Assembly (NCBI GenBank): GCA_023460875.1
Contig: JAEWOQ010000076.1
Coordinates: 1-55,808 of the forward strand
Reading direction: 5' to 3'
DNA: 55,808 nt
DNA from: Pseudomonadota bacterium
Lineage (GTDB): Bacteria > Myxococcota_A > Polyangia > Polyangiales > Polyangiaceae
The notes under the pieces were generated by a model. The model was not told the DNA's origin and did no database searches. It saw nothing but the letters and a program-made list of their open reading frames with translations. Each line of letters begins with the position of its first letter. Positions within the stretch are counted from its first letter, which is position 1. Positions 9,281 to 19,041 of this stretch are shown here, piece after piece. The translations under genes and the position numbers were made by a program.

Positions 9281-9374
9281 GGCCTCCCAAGCAACACGGC
9301 GAGCCGGAACCTGTCAAGGGGCGGAAACGTACGCCCTCGCTCTACTCGGCCGTGCCGCTTGCCGCTACGTGCCG

Positions 9375-11204
9375 CTACTCGACCGTGACCGTCTTGGCGA
9401 GGTTCCGCGGCTGATCGACGTCCGTCCCCTTCAGATCGGCGACGTAATAGGCGAGCAGCTGCAGGGGGAGGACCGACACCAACGGGAGCACGATCTCGGG
9501 GACCTCGGGGATGGCCAGCACGTCGTGCACCAGGCGGGGCACCTCTTCGTCGCCGTCCGTCAGCACGGCGATGACGCGCCCTTCGCGCGCCAGCACCTCC
9601 TGAACGTTGCCGAGCGTCTTCTCGTAGTGAGTGTCTTGCGGCAAGACCACCACGACGGGCATGTCATCGTCGATGAGCGCGATGGGACCGTGCTTCATCT
9701 CGCCCGCGGCGTAGCCCTCCGCGTGCGCGTAGCTGATCTCCTTGAGCTTCAGCGCGCCCTCGAGAGCGATGGGGTAGCCGAGCCCGCGCCCCAAGAACAA
9801 CATGTGCTCCGCGTGCTGCCACTTGCGGGCGACGGCGAGCACCGCGTCCGCCCGCTCCAGGGTCCGCCGCATGTCGTTCGGCACCTCGAGCAGCGCCTGC
9901 AAGGCGGCGTGGGTCTCGTCCGCTCCCAACACCCCGCGGCGCCGCCCCAGATACACGGCGAGCATGAGCATCGCCACGAGCTGCGCGGTGAAGCACTTGG
10001 TGGAAGCGACGCCGATCTCCGGACCGGCGTGGGTGTAGAGGGCGCCGTCCGCCGCACGCGGGATGGCGCTGTCCAGGACGTTGCAGAGGGCCAGCACGTG
10101 AGCTCCCTGCTCCTTCGCGGCCAACAACGCCGCCAACGTGTCCGCCGTCTCCCCTGACTGGCTCACGGCCACGATCAGGTCTCCAGGGCCAAAGACTGGA
10201 CGACGGTAGCGGACCTCGCTCGCGAGCTCACACTGGGCCGAGACGCGGGCGAGCTGCTCGATCCAATAGCGACCTGCCAGGCTCGCGTGGTGGCTCGTGC
10301 CACAAGCAACGAAGTACACGCGCGTGATGCTCCGGGCGACCTCCTGCGTGAGCCCCAGCTCCTCGTCGATGAGATCCGCGCCCTCGAGATCGAGCCGGCC
10401 GCGCAAGGTGTCCTCGATGGCCCGCGGCTGCTCAAAGATCTCCTTGAGCATGAAATGCTTGTAGCCGCCCTTCTCCGCCTGAGCCGGGCTCCAATCGATG
10501 CGCCGCGGCGCGCGCTCCACCTTCTCGCCCGCGACGGTAGCGAGACGCACTCGATCGGCGCGCAGCTCGGCCATCTCTCCGTCCTCGAGGAACAGGACGT
10601 CGCGGGTGTAGCTGAGCAGCGCGGGGATGTCGCTCGCGCAGAGCACCTCCCCCGCCCCGAACCCAAGGACGAGAGGACAGGCGTTCTTCGCCACGACGAT
10701 CGTGCCCGGCTCGTCGCGGCACACGACGGCCAACGCGTAGGCGCCGCGGATCTTCTCGAGCGCCTTCCGCACCGCTTCCCACAGGGACGGGCTGTCGCGC
10801 AGCGCGCCCCGGACGAGATGAGCGACGATCTCCGTGTCGGTGTCGCTCTGAAACTTCACGCCGTCGGCCTCGAGCTCCCGCTTGAGCTGGAGGTGGTTCT
10901 CGATGATGCCGTTGTGCACCACCGCGACGCCGTCGACCTGGTGCGGGTGGGCGTTCGTCTCCGTTGGGCGCCCGTGGGTCGCCCAACGCGTGTGGCCGAG
11001 CCCCATGCATCCAGGCAACTCGCGGGCCTCGATGGCCTGGGCGAGGTTGTCGAGCTTGCCCACGGCGCGGGCGATGCGCAGGCTCTCCCCGTCGTGGACG
11101 ACGATGCCCGCCGAGTCGTACCCGCGGTACTCGAGCCGCTTGAGGCCGTCGAGCAGCACGGGGGCGACCCGACGCTCACCGACGTAGCCAACGATTCCGC
11201 ACAT
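9375..11204 (-). CDS. glmS: Glutamine--fructose-6-phosphate aminotransferase (isomerising)
   Basis: The ATG at 11204 gives the canonical MCGIVGYVG N-terminal nucleophile start. Two SIS domains follow, and the C-terminus is ...PRNLAKTVTVE. The 13 extra codons in the ORF track were rejected. Confidence 0.95.
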   Translation of the reverse strand: MCGIVGYVGERRVAPVLLDGLKRLEYRGYDSAGIVVHDGESLRIARAVGKLDNLAQAIEARELPGCMGLGHTRWATHGRPTETNAHPHQVDGVAVVHNGIIENHLQLKRELEADGVKFQSDTDTEIVAHLVRGALRDSPSLWEAVRKALEKIRGAYALAVVCRDEPGTIVVAKNACPLVLGFGAGEVLCASDIPALLSYTRDVLFLEDGEMAELRADRVRLATVAGEKVERAPRRIDWSPAQAEKGGYKHFMLKEIFEQPRAIEDTLRGRLDLEGADLIDEELGLTQEVARSITRVYFVACGTSHHASLAGRYWIEQLARVSAQCELASEVRYRRPVFGPGDLIVAVSQSGETADTLAALLAAKEQGAHVLALCNVLDSAIPRAADGALYTHAGPEIGVASTKCFTAQLVAMLMLAVYLGRRRGVLGADETHAALQALLEVPNDMRRTLERADAVLAVARKWQHAEHMLFLGRGLGYPIALEGALKLKEISYAHAEGYAAGEMKHGPIALIDDDMPVVVVLPQDTHYEKTLGNVQEVLAREGRVIAVLTDGDEEVPRLVHDVLAIPEVPEIVLPLVSVLPLQLLAYYVADLKGTDVDQPRNLAKTVTVE

Positions 11205-11232
11205 GGTGATCTCGGTTGTCGCTCGACACCCG

Positions 11233-11249
11233 GAGCGCCGCAAGCGCTC
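11233..11249. terminator. Short GC hairpin downstream of the glycogen synthase gene
   Basis: GAGCGC-CGCAA-GCGCTC, a 6-bp stem, lies between the glgA-like stop (11262) and the glmS start (11204). There is no U-tract. Confidence 0.25.
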
Positions 11250-11261
11250 GAGCCTCGAAGC

Positions 11262-12515
11262 TCAGGTCGCTTTGGACGAGATCCCCTCCTCCACGAGCTC
11301 GGCGTAGAGGTCGACCGTCTGGCGGGCGATGCTCCCCCAACTGAATTTCTCCACGGCCCGGGCACGTCCCGCCCGCCCGAACCGACCCGCCAGCTCAGGA
11401 TCCAGGGCGACTTGATTGACGCGCCTGGCGAAATCTTGAGCGAAGACCTCCGGCGCCCGGGGATTGCCCGCGGCGTCGGCGTCATAGCGAACGAGAAAGC
11501 CCGTCTCCCGGTCCACGACCACCTCGGGGATACCTCCCACCGCCGACGCGACGACGGCGGCTCCGCACCCCATGGCCTCCACGTTCACGATCCCGAACGG
11601 CTCATAGATGCTCGGACACACGAACACCGTGGCGGCGCTCAGGAGCTGAATGATCTCCGGACGAGGGAGCATCTCCGAGATCCAGACCACGCCTTGGCGC
11701 CGCTCTTGGAGCTTGCCGACGAGGGCCGCGACCTCCGCGCCGATCTCCGGCGTGTCCGGCGCGCCAGCGCAGAGGACCAGCTGAATCGCAGGATCGAAAT
11801 GCTCCGCCGCCTCGAGCAGATGCACCACGCCCTTTTGGCGGGTGATCCGACCGACGAAGACCGCGCTCGGCCGCTCTGGGTCGATCCCATACCGCTGCAG
11901 GACGTCGCGCGCCTCCGTCGGCTGGTACTCGGAGGTGTCGATGCCGTTGTAGATGACCTGCACTCGCGCGGGATCCACCGCCGGATAGGCGCGCAGGATA
12001 TCGGCGCGCATGCCCGCGCTCACGGCGATGACCCGATCGGCGCTCTCGATCGCCGTCTTCTCACAGAAGCAGGAGACAGCGTAGCCGCCGCCGAGCTGCT
12101 CGGCTTTCCACGGGCGCAGCGGCTCGAGGCTATGGGAGGTCATCACGTGCGGGATCCCGTACATGAGCTTCGCCAGGTGCCCGGCGAAGTTGGCGTACCA
12201 GGTGTGCGTGTGCACGAGCTGAGCGCCCTCGACGGCGGCCGCCATCTGCAGGTCGACTGAGAGCGTCCGCAGCGCGGCCAGGTGCGGCGCCTTGCCGCTG
12301 ATCGCGCTCCAGCTCTGATAAGCACCGCGAACCTCAGCCGCCGCGCGAGGTTCGCCGAAGCAGTGCACCTCGAGCTCGAGGAGCCGCTCGAGCTCGCGCG
12401 CGAGGTACTCGACGTGCACGCCCGCGCCCCCGTAAATGTCCGGCGGGTACTCGCGTGTCAGCAAGGCGACGCGCACGGAAGAATCGTCGTGACGGCCACG
12501 CTCTGCATCAGCCAT
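11262..12515 (-). CDS. GT4-family glycogen synthase / alpha-glucan glucosyltransferase (actinobacterial GlgA/GlgM type)
   Basis: 417 aa. The N-terminus [27 protein letters not shown] and the E-x7-E region [29 protein letters not shown] are GT4 hallmarks. The classical GT5 GlgA KTGGL motif is absent. It overlaps glgC by 8 bp. Confidence 0.85.
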   Translation of the reverse strand: MADAERGRHDDSSVRVALLTREYPPDIYGGAGVHVEYLARELERLLELEVHCFGEPRAAAEVRGAYQSWSAISGKAPHLAALRTLSVDLQMAAAVEGAQLVHTHTWYANFAGHLAKLMYGIPHVMTSHSLEPLRPWKAEQLGGGYAVSCFCEKTAIESADRVIAVSAGMRADILRAYPAVDPARVQVIYNGIDTSEYQPTEARDVLQRYGIDPERPSAVFVGRITRQKGVVHLLEAAEHFDPAIQLVLCAGAPDTPEIGAEVAALVGKLQERRQGVVWISEMLPRPEIIQLLSAATVFVCPSIYEPFGIVNVEAMGCGAAVVASAVGGIPEVVVDRETGFLVRYDADAAGNPRAPEVFAQDFARRVNQVALDPELAGRFGRAGRARAVEKFSWGSIARQTVDLYAELVEEGISSKAT

Positions 12516-13758
12516 GGGGAACCGGATCGCCCTTCCCGATCACGACGACTCCGCTCTCGGACACCGTGAACCCACGTCGCCGATCGACCTCCAGATCCAC
12601 CCCGATCTGCGCCCCGGGTGGCACCCGAACGTTCTTGTCGATGATGGCTTTGCGCACGACGGCGCCGCGCCCGATGTCCACCCCCGCCATCAAGACGGAG
12701 TCTTCCACCAGCGCCCCCGTATGCACCTGCACACCCGAGGAAACCACCGAGCGACGGACCTGTCCGCCCGAGAGGATTACGCCCGCGGCTACCATCGAAT
12801 CGATCGCCACGCCGCGCCGCCCCTCCTCGTCGAACACGAACTTCGCGGGCGGCAACGACCCCGAGCTCGTGTGGATCGGCCAGCGCGCGTTGTAGAGGTT
12901 GAAGATCGGGTGGACGCTGATGAGATCCATCTGCGCCTCGTAGTAGCTGTCGAGCGTCCCGACGTCGCGCCAGTAGCCCCGATCGCGGTCCGTCGTGCCG
13001 GGGACCAGGTTGCGGGTAAAATCATAGACGGCTGCGTCGCCCGACGCGACGAGGTTGGCGACGATGTTGCCCCCCATGTCGTGGGCGCTGTCCTCGTCCA
13101 GCGCATCCTCCTGGACTGCTTCGACGAGCGTCTGGGTGGTGAACACGTAGTTGCCCATCGAGGCCAGCACCTCGTCGGGGCTATCGGGCAGCCCTGGCGC
13201 ATCTTTGGGCTTCTCGTGAAACCCCCGGATCCGCCCGTCGGGGCGCGGCTCGATGATGCCGAAACGAAACGCCTCCGCCCGAGGGACCCGGATCCCCGCG
13301 ACGGTTACCCCCGCGCCCGACTCGATGTGCGCCTCGACCATCTGTGAGGGATCCATGCGGTAGATGTGATCCGAGCCGAACACGCAGATGTATTCGGGGT
13401 TCTCATCGTGGATGAGGTTCAGGTTCTGGAAGATCGCGTCCGCGGAGCCCTCGAACCAACGTTTGCCGCGCCGCATCTGGGCGGGCACGCTCATCACGTA
13501 GTTGTTGAAGAGCGGCGACATGCGCCAGGTCATGGCGATGTGACGATCGAGGCTGTGGCTCTTGTACTGCGTGAGCACCGCGATGCGTCGATAGCCGCCG
13601 TTCACCAGGTTGCTCAGCGCGAAGTCCACGAGTCGGTAGTTCGCTCCGAACGGCACCGCCGGCTTCGCGCGATCCCGAGTGAGCGGCCACAGCCGCTTTC
13701 CTTCGCCGCCAGCCAGAACGACTCCGAGAGTTTGTGGACGATTCGCCATCGCTTCCAT
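12508..13758 (-). CDS. glgC: Glucose-1-phosphate adenylyltransferase
   Basis: 416 aa. It has [45 protein letters not shown], the FHEKPKD motif and a left-handed beta-helix C-terminus. Confidence 0.93.
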   Translation of the reverse strand: MEAMANRPQTLGVVLAGGEGKRLWPLTRDRAKPAVPFGANYRLVDFALSNLVNGGYRRIAVLTQYKSHSLDRHIAMTWRMSPLFNNYVMSVPAQMRRGKRWFEGSADAIFQNLNLIHDENPEYICVFGSDHIYRMDPSQMVEAHIESGAGVTVAGIRVPRAEAFRFGIIEPRPDGRIRGFHEKPKDAPGLPDSPDEVLASMGNYVFTTQTLVEAVQEDALDEDSAHDMGGNIVANLVASGDAAVYDFTRNLVPGTTDRDRGYWRDVGTLDSYYEAQMDLISVHPIFNLYNARWPIHTSSGSLPPAKFVFDEEGRRGVAIDSMVAAGVILSGGQVRRSVVSSGVQVHTGALVEDSVLMAGVDIGRGAVVRKAIIDKNVRVPPGAQIGVDLEVDRRRGFTVSESGVVVIGKGDPVPHG

Positions 13759-13802
13759 GCTGCCCCGGTCGCGCGGTTCGGGGCAAGAGGACGACCTGGA
13801 AA

Positions 13803-13824
13803 GCGGCCCTCTCGAGCGGGCCGC
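13803..13824. terminator. GC hairpin between the atp-side transcription unit and glgC
   Basis: GCGGCCC (13803-13809), loop TCTCGAGC, GGGCCGC (13818-13824), a 7-bp stem. It lies 84 bp downstream of the small ORF stop and 45 bp upstream of the glgC start. Confidence 0.35.
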
Positions 13825-13907
13825 GCTGGCGGGCCGCCGTGCCCCTGGCGCCCGTCACGACAGGCTCGGCGGATACCGCACCGCGGGCTGATGACGCGTT
13901 CGCCGGC

Positions 13908-14192
13908 TCAGGAGGCGCCGCGGACCCGCGAAAGCACGCCCAAGACCAACAGCGCCAAGAGCACACCGACGAGGACCTTCAGCCAAGCTGGCCAGCCAGC
14001 CCTGCTCCGCACCTCTCCCGTCGAGCCCCGCTCGCCTCCCCCAGCGGCTTCACCCCGCTGGGTGGCGCCGGAGCGACCTCCCTCTCGGAGAGGGTTCTCG
14101 AGGCTCGAGTCCCCGGTGGGGAGCCCTCGGGCTCGCGCCCGCGCCGCCTTGGCCCGCTCTTCCTGTCGCTGCGACCGTGTCCGTTTGCCCAA
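13908..14192 (-). CDS. Small basic protein with a C-terminal transmembrane helix (hypothetical)
   Basis: 94-aa ORF with a TTG start. It has a highly basic N-half and a single C-terminal TM helix (WLKVLVGVLLALLVLGVL). GC3 is fairly high in this frame. It occupies the slot directly after atpG. Confidence 0.35.
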   Translation of the reverse strand: MGKRTRSQRQEERAKAARARARGLPTGDSSLENPLREGGRSGATQRGEAAGGGERGSTGEVRSRAGWPAWLKVLVGVLLALLVLGVLSRVRGAS

Positions 14193-14375
14193 GCCCGCTT
14201 CTCTCCTGTGATGGGGGCTCCCGTGCGGGTGCGTTGTACCCCGTGACGCTGCGCACCCTGACGAGTGCGCGCCGTGATGGGACGACTGCGCTCCGTGAGG
14301 GGGGTGCGTCGCTGCCGGCGGCTCTGCCGGCGACGCTGCGCGCTGACCGCGGCGCGCGGGGATCGCCCAGCGGGC

Positions 14376-15308
14376 TCAGCCGTTCAAAGCCTCGGCGCCG
14401 CCGATGATTTCCATCAGCTCGGTCGTGATCGCAGCCTGGCGAGCCCGGTTGTACTGCAGGGTGAGGCGCTCGATCATGTCGTTGGCGTTGTTCGTCGCCG
14501 CGTCCATCGCCGTCATGCGCGCCCCCAGCTCCGAGGCCATGGACTCGTAGAGCGCGCGGAGCAGCGTGATCTCGATGTACATCGGAACGAGCACATCGAG
14601 CAGCGCCTCCTTGTCCGGCTCGAAGATGAACTCGCGCACGCGGTCCCACTCGGGGGCGTCCGACGCGGCCGTCTCCTGAGCGGGCTCGCTCATGCGTCCC
14701 AGGGGAAACAGCGGCTCGGCCACCACCATCTGGGACATCGCGCTCTTGAACTCGTTGTACACGAGGTAGATCGAGTCGACCTCTTCCGCGAGGAATGGTC
14801 GCAAGACAGAGCGCGCGACGCGACGCGCCTGGTCCATGCCGAGGTCGTCCCACACGCCCTCGAAGACCTCGGTGAGGGGCGCCTGGCGACGTCGGAAGAA
14901 GTCACGCGCCTTGCGCCCGATGACGGCGATCTTGACCGACTTGCCCTCGGCCTCCGCCTCCCGCCAGAGGCGCTCGGCGCTGCGCAGGATGTTCGTGTTG
15001 AAGGCGCCGCAGAGCCCCCGATCGCTCGTGATGACCAACAGCAAGAGGCTCCGCTCCGGCCGTTGAGCGAGGAGCGGATGATCGACCTGCTGGATCTCTG
15101 TCTCGAGCTCACCCTCCTTCTCGATGGGGTGCGCTCCCACGACGGACCGCAGCACGGCCCCCGTCTGCACCGCGTACGGCCGAAGCGCTTGGATGCGGTG
15201 CTGCGCACGAGTGAGCCGAGCACCCGCCACCATCTTCATGGCGCGAGTGATCTTCTGCGTGCTCTTCACGGTCCCGATGCGCTTACGGATTTCCTTCTGG
15301 TTCGCCAC
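14376..15308 (-). CDS. atpG: F1 ATP synthase gamma subunit
   Basis: 310 aa with a GTG start. N-terminus MANQKEIRKRIGTVKSTQKITRAMKMVAGARL and C-terminus ...RQAAITTELMEIIGGAEAL. Confidence 0.95.
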   Translation of the reverse strand: MANQKEIRKRIGTVKSTQKITRAMKMVAGARLTRAQHRIQALRPYAVQTGAVLRSVVGAHPIEKEGELETEIQQVDHPLLAQRPERSLLLLVITSDRGLCGAFNTNILRSAERLWREAEAEGKSVKIAVIGRKARDFFRRRQAPLTEVFEGVWDDLGMDQARRVARSVLRPFLAEEVDSIYLVYNEFKSAMSQMVVAEPLFPLGRMSEPAQETAASDAPEWDRVREFIFEPDKEALLDVLVPMYIEITLLRALYESMASELGARMTAMDAATNNANDMIERLTLQYNRARQAAITTELMEIIGGAEALNG

Positions 15309-15383
15309 GGTGTTGGCCCTTGAAAAGTAGGAGGGAGGACACGATCGGGCCGAGTCGGGAGGGTGTGCCCCGGCCCAGCTGGC

Positions 15384-17060
15384 TCACTGGCCCAAGGATG
15401 CTGCGAAATCCCGCGTGAAGGCGGCGAGCACGTCGTTGAGCTTGCCCCCCAGCTCCTTGGAGATCTCCTTCTTGGTCCTGATGTCCTCGAGGATCTGCGG
15501 GTGCTTGTCCTCGACGTGGCGGTGCAGCTCCTCTTCGTACTGCTTCAGGGACTCCACCGGCAGCTTGTCGCAGTAGCCCTGCGTACCGGCGTAGATCGAC
15601 AGCACCTGCTTCTCGACGGAGAGCGGCACGTACTGGTCCTGCTTCAGGATCTCCGTGAGGCGGCGACCACGCTCGAGCTGCGCCCGGGTGGCGGCGTCGA
15701 GATCGCTCGCGAACTGCGAGAAGGCCGCCATCTCGCGGTACTGCGCCAGGTCGAGGCGCAGCGTGCCGGAGATCTTCTTCATCGCCTTGATCTGGGCGTT
15801 GCCGCCGACGCGGCTGACGGAGATACCGACGTTGATGGCTGGGCGCACACCCGAGTGGAAGAGGTCGCTCTCCAAGAAGATCTGACCGTCCGTGATCGAG
15901 ATCACGTTCGTCGGGATGTACGCCGAGACGTCGCCCGCCTGAGTCTCGATGATGGGGAGCGCGGTGAGGGAGCCTCCCGAGTGGGGATCCTTCTTCACGG
16001 TGAGGGAGTCCTGCCCGAGGGCCTTCAGCGACGCCTCGGCGTGCTCCTTCCCCTCTTCGCCGATGTGGACCTTGCCGTCCGCCCCTCGGAAGCCCTCGTC
16101 CCCCGGGGGCACTTCCTGGTCCTTGCCCAGCACGAACCAGCGCTCCGCCAGCTTGGCGGCGCGCTCCAGCAGGCGCGAGTGGATGTAGAAGACGTCACCC
16201 GGGTAGGCCTCGCGTCCCGGCGGGCGGCGCAACAGCAGAGACATCTGGCGGTAGGCGACCGCCTGCTTGGAGAGGTCGTCGTAAATGCACAGGGCGTGGC
16301 GCCCCGTGTCCCGGAAGTACTCTCCGATGGTGACCCCGGTGTAGGGAGCGAGGAACTGGAGCGGAGCGGTCTCCGTCGCCGTGGCCACGACGACCGTCGT
16401 GTACTCCATCGCGCCGTGGGCCTTGAGCTTCTCCACCACCTGGGAGACGGTCGAGGCCTTCTGCCCCACCGCGACGTAGACGCAGAAAACGCCCTTGCCC
16501 TTCTGGTTGATGATGGTGTCGATGGCGATCGCGGTCTTGCCTGTCTGGCGGTCACCGATGATGAGCTCACGCTGACCGCGACCCACCGGGATCATCGCGT
16601 CGATGGCCTTGATGCCCGTCTGGAGCGGCTCCTTCACCGGCTGGCGCGCGACGATGCCGGGCGCCTTGATCTCGATGCGTCGGTTCTCCTTGCTCTCGAT
16701 GGGCCCACGCCCGTCGAGGGGTTGTCCCAGCGCGTTGACGACGCGCCCCGCCAGGCCTTCACCCACGGGCACGTCGGCGATGCGATTCGTGCGCTTGACG
16801 CTGTCGCCCTCCTTCACCGCCGTCGATTCGCCGAGCACGGCGACGCCGACGTTGTCCTGCTCCAGGTTCAGAACGAGGCCATAGACCTCCCCCGGGAACT
16901 CCACGAGCTCGCCCGCCATCACGCCCTCGAGGCCGTAGACGCGCGCGATGCCGTCACCGCTGGTCAGCACGGTGCCCGTCTGGGACACCACTGCGGCGCG
17001 GTCGAAGTTCTGGATTTGCTTCTTGATGATCGAGGAGATCTCGTCGGCGCTCAGCTGCAT
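15384..17060 (-). CDS. atpA: F1 ATP synthase alpha subunit carrying a ~50-aa insertion
   Basis: 558 aa. It has the Walker A motif GDRQTGKT and the motif ...[33 protein letters not shown]. An extra segment lies between [11 protein letters not shown] and GSLTALP. Confidence 0.95.
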   Translation of the reverse strand: MQLSADEISSIIKKQIQNFDRAAVVSQTGTVLTSGDGIARVYGLEGVMAGELVEFPGEVYGLVLNLEQDNVGVAVLGESTAVKEGDSVKRTNRIADVPVGEGLAGRVVNALGQPLDGRGPIESKENRRIEIKAPGIVARQPVKEPLQTGIKAIDAMIPVGRGQRELIIGDRQTGKTAIAIDTIINQKGKGVFCVYVAVGQKASTVSQVVEKLKAHGAMEYTTVVVATATETAPLQFLAPYTGVTIGEYFRDTGRHALCIYDDLSKQAVAYRQMSLLLRRPPGREAYPGDVFYIHSRLLERAAKLAERWFVLGKDQEVPPGDEGFRGADGKVHIGEEGKEHAEASLKALGQDSLTVKKDPHSGGSLTALPIIETQAGDVSAYIPTNVISITDGQIFLESDLFHSGVRPAINVGISVSRVGGNAQIKAMKKISGTLRLDLAQYREMAAFSQFASDLDAATRAQLERGRRLTEILKQDQYVPLSVEKQVLSIYAGTQGYCDKLPVESLKQYEEELHRHVEDKHPQILEDIRTKKEISKELGGKLNDVLAAFTRDFAASLGQ

Positions 17061-17135
17061 GGCTCTGTTCTTGGTTGCTTCTTCGGTGACCTGGAAAGGA
17101 CGCCTGAATGATGAAACGGGCGAGGACGCGCTGGC

Positions 17136-17696
17136 TCACGCCTGCGCGGTGGCGGCTCCAGCGAGCAAGCGGCGCTCGAGCTGGCTCAGCCGGCCTCGGA
17201 TGCTCCCATCGATGATGGTGTCGCCGATACGGAGGACGACGCCCCCGATCAACGATGGATCTTCCTGCTTCTCGAGCACGACCTTCTTGCCGGTCACGGA
17301 CTCGAGCTTGTTGGTGAGCGTTCCGTAGTAGGGCTCGGGCAGCGCCGCTGCGCTCGTCACCGAGGCTCGGAGCACCCCGTGGTGCTCGTCGCTCAGGCGC
17401 GTCAGCTCCCGCGCCAAGCCCGGCAGCGCCGCCAGACGACGCCGCTGGCACATGACCCGGAGCGCGCCCAGGGCGGTCCCGCGGATCTGCAACCGCTCGG
17501 CGATCTCCGCTAGCAGCGCCTGCCGACGCGCGTCCTCGAGGACCGGATCCTCCAACGCGATCTGCAGCTCGCGGCTCGCCTGCCACTGATCGGCCATGAC
17601 CCGGATCTGCTTCGTGAGGGACGCGAGGTCCCCACCCTCGAGCCCCAGCTCGAAGATCGCCTGTGCGTACCGCTGAACGACAGCGCCTTCACTCAT
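17136..17696 (-). CDS. atpH: F1 ATP synthase delta (OSCP) subunit
   Basis: 186 aa at the OSCP-family position, with C-terminal ...LIGGVVLRIGDTIIDGSIRGRLSQL. ATGA overlap with atpF. Confidence 0.85.
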   Translation of the reverse strand: MSEGAVVQRYAQAIFELGLEGGDLASLTKQIRVMADQWQASRELQIALEDPVLEDARRQALLAEIAERLQIRGTALGALRVMCQRRRLAALPGLARELTRLSDEHHGVLRASVTSAAALPEPYYGTLTNKLESVTGKKVVLEKQEDPSLIGGVVLRIGDTIIDGSIRGRLSQLERRLLAGAATAQA

Positions 17697-18439
17697 GATC
17701 GGACCTCCAGAGCCGCCGTCTTTAGGGACGCCTCGAGGCCGCCGACGAACTCTTCGGCCAGGCGCTCCTGATCCTCACGACCCAGCCGTGCTCGAACGGC
17801 CTCCTCGGCGGAGCGAATCGCCCCGTCGACGACCTCGTGGAACAACACCTCCCGGGCCGCCTTGAGCTCGTGGGCGAGCAGCACGCGGGCGTCGCGCTCC
17901 ATCTGCTCGCGGCGCACCGCGGCCTCCGCGAGGATCCGCTTGCGCTCCGTCTCGGCTTGCTCGCGCATCTCCGTTCGTACCCGCTCGATCTCCTGATCGA
18001 TGCGCTCGAGCTTGCCTTCGTAGTGCGCGAGCTGGTCCTCCGCTTCGCTCTTCATGGCGGCCGCGGAGCTGATCCCACCCTCGACCCTCTGCTTCCGCGA
18101 GGTGAGCCCCGACCGGATCGCCGGGCCACCGAACCGCACCAGCAACCAAACCAGGATGACGGTGTTGAGCACCATCGCGGCGACCGGCGCGGGTGTCCCC
18201 GGGGCGCGCCAGAGCAGGTTCGGCTCGACGCCTTCCCGCTCCCCGAGCAGGCCCTGATACCAGTTCACGTCCTCGAAGTGCGGCACGTGGTGCTCGGATC
18301 CGTGGGCCTCCTCACCGTGAGCCTGCGACGGAACCGCGAGGGCGAGCCCAGGGAGCACCACCAACACGGCCACGGCCGCGCACAGGACACGAGCCAGCCT
18401 CCTCACCCCATCGAGACGCGTCGCTTCGGAAACCTTCAT
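17693..18439 (-). CDS. atpF: Fo ATP synthase b subunit with an extended N-terminus
   Basis: 248 aa. The C-terminal ~165 aa are a TM helix plus a long charged helix typical of b subunits. About 80 aa of extension precede it, with a signal-like helix and a His-rich patch. ATGA overlaps on both sides. Confidence 0.8.
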   Translation of the reverse strand: MKVSEATRLDGVRRLARVLCAAVAVLVVLPGLALAVPSQAHGEEAHGSEHHVPHFEDVNWYQGLLGEREGVEPNLLWRAPGTPAPVAAMVLNTVILVWLLVRFGGPAIRSGLTSRKQRVEGGISSAAAMKSEAEDQLAHYEGKLERIDQEIERVRTEMREQAETERKRILAEAAVRREQMERDARVLLAHELKAAREVLFHEVVDGAIRSAEEAVRARLGREDQERLAEEFVGGLEASLKTAALEVRS

Positions 18440-18936
18440 TGGCTCACCTCTCGACCCAGCACCTGGCGCGCGATGTCGTTCGCCAGCGCACCCGACTGCT
18501 TCTCCAGCTCCGCCCGGATCCCCCGGAGCTCGGCGGCGATTTGGGTCCGCCCCTCCTCCAGGATCCGCGCAGAGGCCTGCTGCGCCTCCTCGAGGATGCT
18601 GGCCTCGAGCTTAGCGGTCTCCGAGCGCACCTTGTCGCGCTCCTCGGCCGCCACGACCCGGATCTTCGCCAGCTCCTTCTCGTAGTTGGCGAGGATCTCC
18701 GCCGCGCGCTCCTGCATGGCGCGCGCCTCCGCTCGGGCCCCCTCGGTCCGCTCCTCGCGCAGGGCGAAGACCCGGAGCATGGGGTCGAACAGGACCGGCT
18801 TCAGCAGCACGATCAGGGCGGAGAACAGCACGACCTGGATCAGGAAGCTCCGATCCAAATCGACGGTTACCGCGGCAAGCAAAGGGCGAAGCGGCGTCCC
18901 CGCGGCGCGCGCCGCGCTTTCGACGAGTGGGCTCAT
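18436..18936 (-). CDS. Fo ATP synthase b' subunit
   Basis: The ORF track extends to 19008. The ATG at 18936 (MSPLVES...) is preceded by GGAGA 6 nt upstream. The protein is a TM helix (FLIQVVLFSALIVLLKPVLF) followed by a charged coiled helix. Confidence 0.75.
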   Translation of the reverse strand: MSPLVESAARAAGTPLRPLLAAVTVDLDRSFLIQVVLFSALIVLLKPVLFDPMLRVFALREERTEGARAEARAMQERAAEILANYEKELAKIRVVAAEERDKVRSETAKLEASILEEAQQASARILEEGRTQIAAELRGIRAELEKQSGALANDIARQVLGREVSQ

Positions 18937-19041
18937 CTCGATTCTCCGTATCTCCCGGGCCTTCCGGAAAATTCCGGCCGGAGACATCGGGCGCGCGGCA
19001 GCTACCACCTCGGAAGCTGTGTGTCCAGGGTGGTGGTGCGG

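Noticed and set aside
10287-12260. 657-aa ORF on the + strand
   Set aside because: It is antisense to glmS and the GT4 glycogen synthase gene, and I see no recognisable motifs. It is a shadow ORF.
15363-17111. 582-aa ORF on the + strand
   Set aside because: It is antisense to atpA, which carries clear F1 alpha motifs. It is a shadow ORF.
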